NCBI GenBank assembly: GCA_951406725.2
Contig: OX597830.1
Coordinates: 8,928,001 to 8,992,000 of the forward strand
Origin: Octopus vulgaris
Lineage: Eukaryota
DNA length: 64,000 nucleotides
Direction of reading: 5' to 3'
Shown here: one piece after another, positions 1 through 11,705 of the stretch
How positions within the stretch are numbered: the first letter of the stretch is position 1
Layout: each line of letters begins with the position of its first letter
Notes under the pieces: model-generated
Told to the model about the DNA's origin: nothing
Databases searched by the model: none
What the model saw: the letters and a program-made list of their open reading frames with translations, nothing else
Program-made: the position numbers and the translations under genes

Positions 1-802
1 ATGCACACACATACACATGACACACACACCATAAAATGGCATTTAGACCGTGCCGGTGGCATGTAAAAAGCACCAACCAATCGTTGCTGTTGCCAGCCTC
101 CCCTGGCACCTGTGCCACGTAAAAAGCACCCACTACACTCACGGAGTGGTTGGCATTAGGAAGGGCATCCAGCTGTAGAAACACTGCCAAATCAAGATTG
201 GAGACTGGTGCAGCCTCCTGGCTTCCCAGACCCCGGTGAAACCATCCAACCCATGCTAGCATAGAAAACGGACGTTAAACAATGATGATGATGATGATAC
301 ACACAATACACCAATATCACATGACACAAATACACACTCATACTTGGTGACTCTGCCAGTGCTGATGCCATGTAAAAAGCATCCAGTCTACACTGTAAAG
401 TGGTTGGCATTTGGAAGGGCATCCAGTTGTAGGAACTGTGCCAAAACTGACCTCCCCTGTGCTGGTGCCACATAAAAAGCACTCAGTCCAGTCTACTGAG
501 TGGTTGGTGTTAGGAAGGGCATCCAGCTGTAAAACTCCTGCCAAAACAGACACAGAGGTTTGGTGCAGGCTCCTACCTGGCTGGCCCCTGTCAAACCATC
601 CCACCCATGCCAGCATGAGAGGTGGACATTAAACGATGATGATAGCCACTAATGTCACACAATGACTCAGATGTACATTCACACACACACACACACATAC
701 ACACACACAACAGAGCTGATAATCTATAATGTCTCCAATACAAAACCAAACCACAGACATATCTGATTCTATTGCTAACAACCACAACAGTCCCCAACTC
801 AC

Positions 803-889
803 CGTCTTCTCCGTTTCTGGAGCCCATCAGCTGCAGCACCAACTCCACCACCGCCAACAGTTGTAGAAGAATGACTTGGAGAGACGGTA
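803..889 (-). CDS. EPB41L4A: EPB41L4A exon: [28 protein letters not shown](R)
   Basis: ttttag|T...ACG|gtgagt, 87 nt, phase 2-2; resembles the LKQRRRSRS region of the vertebrate protein. Confidence 0.83.
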
Positions 890-1794
890 CTAAAAGAGAA
901 ATATAAACAGCTGTCATCATCAAATACACAGACATTACAATATAAGGGGGTGCTGAAAAGTGCCTGGCTTTAAGGGTATTGTGAAAGGCCTGGTTGAAGG
1001 CCCAACCATCCAAGTCCTTTTACAGATCTTAGAAAAACTGAAGGACTGCTGCAAATAAGTGTGTGAATCTGAGAGGGGAATACATTGAATAAAATCATAA
1101 TTAACTGATCCTCCTCTATTTTCTTTTACCCAAAGCCAGGAACTTTTCAGCACCCCCTCATGTATATATACTCTTTTACTTGTATCAGTCGTTTGACTGT
1201 GACCATGCTGGAGCACCGCCTTTTAGTCAAGCAAATCAACACCAGGACTTATTCTTTGTAAGCCTAGTACCTATTCTAAGTTACGGGGATGTAAACACAC
1301 CAGCATCGGTTGTCAAGCGATGTTGGGGGGGGGGGGACAAACACAGACACACAAACGCACATATATATAATATACATATATATACGATGGGCTTCTTTCA
1401 GTTTTCATCTGCAAAATCCACTCACAAGGCTTTGGTCAGCCCGAGGCTATAACACAAGACACTTGCCCGGAATCCGGAACCATGTAGTTGGTAAGCAAGC
1501 TTCTTACCACACAGCCACTCCTGCGCCTATATATATGTAACTAATATAGTACCTTTATAAACCAGGCTAATTCAGCTGTTTCTCCATAGATTGAAAAAAT
1601 GATGAACAACCTTGATTGGCTCCTCATTAGAGGCATCTACATTAATTTAGCCAGTCCCAGAGAGACAAGCAGCCAATCTATTTCTATACTCAACAATTAC
1701 AGCAACAACAGAAAAACTGGTGTTACTAATTTGCATACCATAAACACTTTTGTTTTAAATATCAAGGGCCAGTCTATAGGGACCTTAGTCCACA

Positions 1795-1851
<57 letters not shown>

Positions 1852-4800
1852 ACATATAAGGGATGGCTATAATAGGACATCCAACTCACTAGAAAGAGCA
1901 GCTAAACTCCAAACCACTAATAGTTGTAATTCTGAAATGGAAAGAGAAATAAAAACGTTTACCCTCTCGTTTCTGGACTATGCATAGTTTCGGCAATCTT
2001 TTGTAAATAAATTAGATTAAATTAAATTTATTTAACACTGGCATTGCACTCATCAGCAGAAAAGCCAAGTACTACCATATATTCATGAGGCGACAACGAG
2101 CATGCCTCGAATCTAAATGCTATAAATTTTCAAAATCCACTGCATTCGCGCGCTTTACTCAGCAGTAAATATAAACTGCCGATTTAATTTCAAAATTAGC
2201 CAAAAAATCATTAATTAATAAATTTTAGGGTAGCAAAAAAATTCTAGAAAAATTCTCCGCTACCAGCAGTCAAGTGAGAAATAAAAAAATAGTCAATAGA
2301 CTATATAATATACATTCAAACATATAAGGGATGCAGGAACAGGCCTATGGATAGTGTCTATACATTACATATGATTCATATATATATGGCACATAAAAAG
2401 CACCATCCGAACGTGGCCGATGCCAGCACCGCCTCGACTGGCTTCTGTGCTGGTGGCACATAAAAAGCACCAACCGATCGTGGCCGATGCCAGACCCCTC
2501 TGGCACCTGTGCAGGTGGCACGTAAAAAGCACCCACTACACTCGCGGAGTGGTTGGCGTTAGGAAGGGCATCCAGCTGTAGAAACACTGCCAAATCAGAC
2601 TAGAGCCTGGAGCAGCCCCTGGCTCCCCAGACCCCGGTCGAACCGTCCAACCCGTGCTAGCGCGGAAAACGGACATTAAACGATGATGATGATGATGATG
2701 ATATATATATATGAACCATATGTAATGTATAGACACTATCCATAGACCTGTTACTGCTGTATTTGTCCTCAGAAAACATCTCTTACAAATATGCTGCATA
2801 TCAAGCACAATGCCAGTGCTGCCTGACTGGCTCCCCATGCCGGTGGCACATAAAAAGCACCATCCAAATGTGGCCGATGCCAGTCCCCACCACCAACTGC
2901 CTCCTGTGTCGGTGGCACATATAAAAAAAACATCCGAATTTGGTCGATGCTAGTGCTGCCTGACTGGCTCTTGTGCTGGTGGCACGTAAAAAGCACCCAC
3001 TACACTTTCAGAATGGTTGGCGTTAGGAAGGGCATCCAGCTGTAGAAACCTTGCCAGATCAGACTGGAGCCTGGTGCAGCCTCCTGGCTTGCCAGTCCCC
3101 TAGTCAAACCGTCCAACCCATGCCAGCCTGGAAAACGGACGTTAAACGATGATGATGATGATATATATATACATATATTAGGATATAAGACAGAATGGAA
3201 TGAGTATATTTGGAATAGTGACCAGTTCAGGGATGGACACAACAGTCTGTAATAAATGACCAACAACTGACCACTGAGAGATACAGTGTAGCATCAATGA
3301 CCAGGTTGTAAATGTAGAGAGCCACTGTGCCTTGTTTCAAACCAAAAGGTCCCTAGATCTAATCCTATCTGGTACTATGTACACATACATCCGGTTCAAG
3401 TAATTTGTTTTCGGTGAGTCACCAATTGCTACCAGTCATTGTATGATGAATGGTTAATGAGTTTTCTAAATTAATATTTTTAGTCACTGGTTGTCAGTTT
3501 TGTTGGCTGAACATGTGAAAACCAGTGGAGTAAAAAATACCTTACTAGAATGAAGAGGAGTAAAGGTTGGTGACAGGAAAGGCATCCAGATGTAGGACAC
3601 TGCTTCAATAAGTCTTGTTCAGCTGATGTTGAGGTTGATGAAAACTTACTTAAGATGATGATGATGATGAATTTGCGGTTAAGAATTTCATGTTGCAAGT
3701 TTAGTCAGTCTAACGAATTTAATGGAATGAGAACTAAAATATGAAGGAAACTATACAGGAAGAAGGGGAGGTGGTGAAGGAGAAGAAGAGAGGGAGATGA
3801 GAAAGAGATGGAGGAAAAACAAGAGAAGGAAGAGGGACAGAAGATGAAGAAGAAGAAGAAATGAGGAGGAGGAGGAAGAGGAGAGGGTAAAGGATGCAAG
3901 AGATGTATAAAGAGAAGTCAACTTACTCTTCTCTGACTGTTGATGGCCGTGAATTGTCACCTGAACTAAGTCCACCTCGGGATGGGTATAAGGGAGGTCT
4001 ACGACAAGATACATCAGAATCACTGTTGCTGGTCATTTCTTTCCTGGAGGAGAAAGAGAGAGAAAGGAAACATTACTTATATTTAGAATACCTATTTCTT
4101 TATTGCCCACAAGGGGCTAAACACAGAGAGGACAAACGGATTAAGTCGATTACATCAACCCCAGTGCATAACTGGTACTTATTTAATCGACCCTGAAAGG
4201 ATGAAAGGCAAAGTTGACTTCAGCGGAATTTGAACTCAGAACGTAACGACAGACGAAATACAGCTATGCAGTTCAGCCGGTGTGCTAACGATTCTGCCAG
4301 CTCGCTGCCTTAAATTACTTATATATAGGTGCAGGAGTGACTGTGTGGGAAGTAGCTTGCTAACCAACCACATGGTTCCGGGTTCAGTCCCACTGCGTGG
4401 CATCTTGGGCAAGTGTCTTCTGCTATAGCCCCGGGCCGACCAATGCCTTGTGAGTGGATCTGGTAGATGGAAACTGAAAGAAGCCTGTCGTATATATGTA
4501 TATATATACATATATATGTATGTGTGTGTGTGTGTGTTTGTGTGTCTGTGTTTGTCCCCCTAGCATTGCTTGACAACCGATGCTGGTGTGTTTACGTCCC
4601 TGTCACTTAGCGGTTCGGCAAAAGAGACCGATAGAATAAGTACTGGGCTTACAGAGAATAAGTCCTGGGGTCGATTTCCTTGACTAAAGGCAGTGCTCCA
4701 GCATGGCCGCAGTCAAATGACTGAAACAAGTAAAAGAGAGAGTATACCTCTGAATGTCTGTAAGCTTAATTGTATACATATGTATACATGTGTGTGTGTG

Positions 4801-5856
4801 TGTGTGTCTGTATATCATAAAAAGCTCCCCCTGGAGAACTGCATCTGCATCCCAGAACTGCATCTGCATCCCATTGCACCATTAATACACATTCATTGCA
4901 GAAGATGCAAATACAACAAAACATGCAAAGGGAAGAAATCGTAGAATCCGCTTGATGTGTTAATCCTATTCTTCCATTTATAAACATACATATAAATAGT
5001 AGTCGTGGCCGATAACAGTGCCGCCTGACTGGCACCCGTGCCGGTGGTACATAATAAGCACCATTCAAGTGTGGGTCAATGCCAGTGCCGCCTGGCTGGC
5101 TCCCCGAGCTGGTGGCATGTAAGAGGCATCATCCAAACACAGTCGATGCCAGTCCCCCCCCCACCAACTGGCTCCTGAGTCTGTGGCATGTAAAAAGCAC
5201 CATCTGAACATGGTCGATGCCAGTACCACCTGACTGGCTCCCATGCCAGTGGAACGTAAAAAACACCCACTACACTTTCAGAATGGTTGGCATTAGGAAG
5301 GGCATCCAGCTGTAGAAACCTTGCCAGATCAATCTGGAACCTGGTGCGGCCTCCTGGCTTGCCAGTCCACTATTCAAACCATCCAACCCATGCCAGCATG
5401 GAAAACGGACGTTAAACGATGATGATGATGATATATATATTAGAATATAAGACAGAATGGAATGAGTATATTTGGAATAGTCACAACAAGGAGTATATTA
5501 AGATATAGGATTATTTTACAATGTAAATGATTAGAATATGACTGTACAATAGAGAATAAGAAGATGCATAAAAGTTCTTGCGATCGTTTCATGATTCTGT
5601 AACTTGTCTGAATGAAGTGGAAATGGTAATCATATTGAAGTTGCATAACCATTCTTCAGAGATATAAAAGGGAAAAAAACCATATAGGCGTAGGAGTGGT
5701 TGCATAGGAGTAGCTTGCTTATGGACCACATGGTTCTGTGTTCAGTCCCACTGCATGGCACCATGGGTAAGTGTCTCCTACTATAGCCTCGGGCCAACAA
5801 AAACCTTGTGAGTGGATTTGGTAGACAGAAACTGAAAGAAGCCTGTCGTATATATG

Positions 5857-5909
<53 letters not shown>

Positions 5910-8900
5910 AGGCGCAGGAGTGGCTGTGTGGTAAGTAGCTTGTTTACCATCCGCATAGTTCTGGTTTCAGTCCCACAGCATGGCACCTTGGGCAAGTGTC
6001 TTCTACTATAGCCTCGGGCCGACCACAGCCTTGTGAGTGGATTTGGTAGACGAAAACCGTCGTATATATGTATATATATGTATATATGTATGTTTGTGTG
6101 ACTGTGTTTGTACACCCAACATCACTTGACAACCGATGCTGGTGTGTTTATGTCCCTGTAACTTAGTGATTTAGCAAAAGAGACTGATAGAATAAGTACT
6201 AGGCTTACAAAGAATAAGTCCCGGGGTCGATTTGCTCGACTAAAGGCAGTGCTCCAGCATGGCCACAGTCAAATGACTGAAACAAGTAATAGAGTATAAA
6301 TATATATCTATATATATATATATATACACACATGCAAACACACTATATACACACATACATACATACAGTAGACGTACAAAGCCTCAAAGAGTGGTGGTGA
6401 TGCTCTTTGTTGTTGTGCGTAACCAAATAATGAAGAACCATGAAACAACTTGCAGAGCTTTGTCCAACTTATGAAAGGAAGGAATTGGAAAATGGTGATA
6501 AAATAACTGATAATTCGTATAATACACACACAGACACTTGTATATAGATTTCCTCTGCAAGAGAGAGAGAGAGAGTTTTGAGAACCAACTACATCTGAAT
6601 ACCAAAGAAGTTGATGCTCTGCTCAAAAGAAATCTTCTGCCCCAAAATAAATACCCAGAAACACAAAGGCCCCACAACTGTTCCAGAGATTAAGAACTAA
6701 ACGAGAAATACTCTACCTGTGCCGTCTTGTTGTACCGGACTTTTCACTTTCATTGTCAGATCCTTTTTTATTCGATGTGTACCTGAAGGGAAGAGGAATG
6801 ATAATACAGAGTGTTAATATAGTGGGGGATGTAGGGAAGGTAAATAAGTAACTGCAAGATGCTGACACCAAAGAACTGATCATTAACGGAGATGGTGAAG
6901 TATCATTGACCAGGACACCACAGCCTGTAATAAACTGACCAACAACTGACCACTAATCCTTGCAGAGAAGTTTTACCCTTTTGTTACTGTATTTATTTTG
7001 AGATACTCTGGGGTTTTTTCAATTACTTTAAAAATAAAGAATTTAGTAAAATAACTTAGTTATCATTAAGCTAGCGTTAGGAACATAAATTGTGACTAAG
7101 GTTTGGTGGAAGATTTTCATTCAAGACATTTGTACTCAGAGCCAGAGCCGGTTTCAGCTGGATTGGTAACAAAAGGGTTAAGTGATCAGTTCAGGGATGG
7201 ACACAACAGTCTGTAATAAATGACCAACAACTGACCACTGAGAAATACAGTGTAATATAAATGACCAGGTTGTAAATGTAGAGATCCACTGTGCCTTGTT
7301 TCAAACCAAAGGGTTCCTAGATCTAATCCTATCTGGTACTATGTACACATACATCCGGTTCAAGTAATTTGATTTCGGTGAGTCACCGATTGCTACCAGC
7401 CATTGTATGATGACAGGAATAACATAAGAGAGAGAGAGAGAGACAATCTCTCATATCAACCTGCAGTGCACCCTGTCCAGTTTCTTTGACTGAAGAGGAG
7501 ATAACCACATTGAAATGCTTGCATCTCACAGTCTGGGTGGGTGATGCCGTGAGCTGATTTTGGTGTCTTTACACTGTTTATCTACAGTGAGAAATTTTCT
7601 CCGTCACAAAACACAGTCAATAGCTGGTGATAACATTGTATAGTGTTTATTTTGTGTTAATTTTGAGAAAAGCAACCAGTGACAATTACACAATGGGAGG
7701 GACACACTACTGCGATCTATAACAATTTATCTAGTATATAAGCAATCTGTGGCTGGTCCATTACAACTGGGAAATAATTGTGTTATAAATATTCCTGGTG
7801 ACAGAATCTGTGTCCATCTATCAATGGCAGGTGATGCAATGAGAATGTCTCCATTCTCATTGTCTCCATGAACGAGAATATGGCCAAAAACCAGCTTTAT
7901 ATAGGTACCCAGTAAGATAGTTCTAGTAAGTTAAATCATGTGATAGCTTGATAATGATTGGTTGGTTAATCAGCCAAGCACGTGAAACTACTGTGGCTTG
8001 GCTGTGATGTCTACTCAGCTGCCTGGTGATTATTATTTGTGATTGTCCCCTCCACTACGTGACAACCAGTGTTGGTTTGTTTACATCCCCATAACTTAGT
8101 GGTTTGGCAAAAGAGACCAATAGTATAAGTCACAAACTTAAAGTACTAGATTGATTTGCTTGGCTAAACTATTCAAGACTGTGCTCTAGCATGGCCACAG
8201 ACAAATGAGTGAAACAAGTAAATGATAAAAGGTGGGAAAAAATATTTGACAAATAATTTTGAAGAATTCAGAAGATTCTAGAGAAGAAACCATAAAACAA
8301 ACACTGAATATTTACCGTTTCTTATAGTTCTGTTCGCTGTCACTGCCTGACATAGCACGGCGCTGTACCTGAAACTTTAGTTTGTCACTCTTTGTAGACA
8401 TAGGTGAATCCTTTCCAGATGTGTAAAGACCCCTGCATGAGAAAATAATAATAATAATAATAACGATGATATGACCCATACATGAGGAAATAATAATAAT
8501 AATAATAATAACAATGATAATAATAATCCTTTCTATTATAGGCACAAGGCCTGAAACTTGGGGGAGGGGATAGTCAATTACATCTACCCCAGTACGCAAC
8601 TGGTACTTATTTTATTGATTCCAAAAGGATGAAAGATAAAGTGGGCCTTGGTGGTATTTGAACTTAGAACAAGGCAGCAAGCTGGCAGAAATGTTAGCAC
8701 GCCAGAATGTAGTGAATTTGCATTTAAGTATTGGGGACCCGTCCTGGAGGTTTATTACTAAAGTTTGGTCCATCTCAAGTAAATAGGCAAAGTGAAAAGA
8801 GAAGGGAAGTAGATACTTTGTGATTGTGCAAGACCACAATCAGTAAAGTTAACCCAAGAAAAGATAAATTCATTAGACTTGGAAGCTCTGCCCCACCCTC

Positions 8901-9569
8901 CCTACTCCACAGATCTTGCACCATCAGAGTTTCTCTTATTCAGGACATTCAAGCGCTTTACCAATGGAAAAACATTCAGAAGCGAGGACAATGTTGAATT
9001 GGCGCTCCAAACATTTTCCTTTTCTCAAGAACCTGATCTTTTTTCTTTTGCCCAAGAAATCAGTAAACTGGTTTCTAGGTGAGAAAATATTATTGCTAAC
9101 GATGGCGATTATAATTTGAATGAATAAATATATTCATGATATATTTTAAGCTAATTTGAATTCATTATATTAAATGCAGCATTATTTTCCAGTAACCCTA
9201 ATATAAAACTATGACTGCTCCCTCGCAACAATAACAGCAAAAGGGTAAGAGACATCAATGGTAAAAAGAATTCCTTTTAAGGAATTAAGACTAATGTGAG
9301 GCGAGACTTACCCAGCAGAACTTGATTCCCAAGGATACGATCTGGTACTTCGTGGTGAGTCTTTACCAGGGAGTTCTGGTAAACTCCTTAGACGTGGCCT
9401 GGAAAGTACAAGGTAAGTGGTTGTTACAGTGGTGTGTGGATAGAATAAACATGATGGGAAATAGTGAATAGAGTCTGTTGGGTAAATGGTTAATAGTGGA
9501 TGTGGTTTAATAGGGATAAGAGAGACAGCAAACATAGTTTGTTATGTATGTGTGTGTGTGTGTGCATGT

Positions 9570-9619
<50 letters not shown>

Positions 9620-11247
9620 GTATGTATGTATGTATACACATCTGCATGTATGTGTATGTGGTACCAGTGCCGGTGGCACGTGGCACACAAGAAAACCATC
9701 CGAACGTGGCCGTAGCCAGTACCGCATCGACTGGCCTCCGTGCTGTGGGCACGTAACAAACACCATCCGATCGTGGCCGTTTGCCAGCCTCATCTGGCAC
9801 CTGTGTCGGTGGCACATAAAAACACCATCCGAGCGTGGCCGTCTGCCAGCCTCGTCTGGCACCTGTGTCGGTGGCACATAAAAAACACCATCCGAGCGTG
9901 GCCTTTCGCCAGCCTCGTCTGGCACCTGTGTCGGTGGCACATAAAATCACCCACTACACTCTCAGAGTGGTTGGCGTTAGGAAGGGCATCCAGCTGTAGA
10001 AACACTGCCAGATCTGACTGGCCTGGTGCAGCCTTCGGGCTCCCCAGACCCCAGTTGAACCGTCCAACCCATGCTAGCATGGAAAGCGGACGTTAAATGA
10101 TGATGATGATGATGATGATATATAAACACGTGTGTGTTGTTTATGTTATAATTTAGAAACTTTGCGGGAACATGAAATAATTTGTTTTTGACAGTACAAC
10201 CTGAAGTAGATAAAGCTATAAATAATAGCATGTAAATATTGAGTTAAAGAAACTCTTTTGGACAGAAAATATTGAAGGCCCCAGTTGCTATTATCTATAG
10301 CTTTATTTACTCTGAATTCCATTTTTAAAAATGATATATATATACCATTTCAAATACTTTTTAACAGAATTTTAATATATTAGTGTTGTCTGTTTAGCCA
10401 ATCAGATATTTCCCATTTTATCAGGATGCTATCATCGCAAAATTATCATTGATCACTAATCACAAGTGATTCATTTTCTGAGAAGGTCAACACAAACTCA
10501 AACACTTGTCTCATCTCATTAATATAGCCATACCATCGATGAATTAAGAGGACTCATTAGCCTAGCTGAGGACAAGAAAACCCTTCTAGTGCTGGTGCTT
10601 TGATTAACTGCTCTCCCTATACTCTGTAATGTGGCTGGCATTAAGAAAAGCCATACAAATCAGACCCCAAAATGGAATATATGAGCAAAGCATGGTTTCT
10701 GATATCTCAAGGAGGAATAAGCTCCGAATCGGACTGTGACAATCCATTTGATCCATACCAGCATGGAAAGCAAACATAGAATGATAATGGTTATAATTAA
10801 GGCTCAAACAGGCCTGACACATAATAGCTAACAACAACAATAACAACAGCAACATAAAATACGTACATTCTAATAGCTTCAGGACTAATCGTGGTGGATA
10901 GAGGCAGTTTTGCAACTTGATCACCATAGCAACTAACTGGAAAGAAGAAAAAAAAGAAAAGAGAATAAGAAATGCACAAATTTTAGTAGAATTTCAATAA
11001 TGGAGGTTTTATGTGTTTTATAGGTGTAGGTGTGGCTGTGTGGTTAATATGCTGGCTTCCCAACCATGTGGTTTCAGGTTCTGTCCCACTACATGACACC
11101 TTGGGAAAATGTTTCGTAATATAGCTTTGAGTCCATCAAAGCCTTTGACAGATGGGAACTGAAAGAAGCCCATCATATAATTAGGTATGTGTGTGTGTGA
11201 ACTTTTGTCTTGGCATATTTCATGATGGTCATAAATGAGCCTCCAGC

Positions 11248-11299
<52 letters not shown>

Positions 11300-11647
11300 G
11301 GTATACATATATATATATGCATGAATTTGGTCAAATTTAGTTGGTGGTCATGTACGAATAAATGTTGCAGTTTATATCAGCTTTTAACTCCAAGATGGAA
11401 GAACAGCAAAGTTGACCCATCAATGAGATGTTGGCCAAATATATTGAGACCAGTCATTTTGTCTGTCCATATGTTCTGAGTTCAAATTCTGCCAAGGTCC
11501 ACTTTGCTTTTCATTCTTTGAAGGTCGATAAAATAAAGTACCAGTTAAACACTGGGGATGATTTAATTGACTTAGCCCCTCCCCTGAACTTGTGCCAAAA
11601 TTTGAAACCGAATTTATTGAGAAGAGTGATCTCTCTTTCTCCATCTG

Positions 11648-11705
<58 letters not shown>

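Noticed and set aside
7546-7597. Possible 52-nt minus-strand exon with good splice sites
   Set aside because: Gives an immediate TAA in the required phase 2
10533-10564. Possible 32-nt minus-strand exon (ctcag|CTAGG...GATG|gtatgg)
   Set aside because: Its phase is incompatible with the neighbouring exons and gives a stop or frameshift
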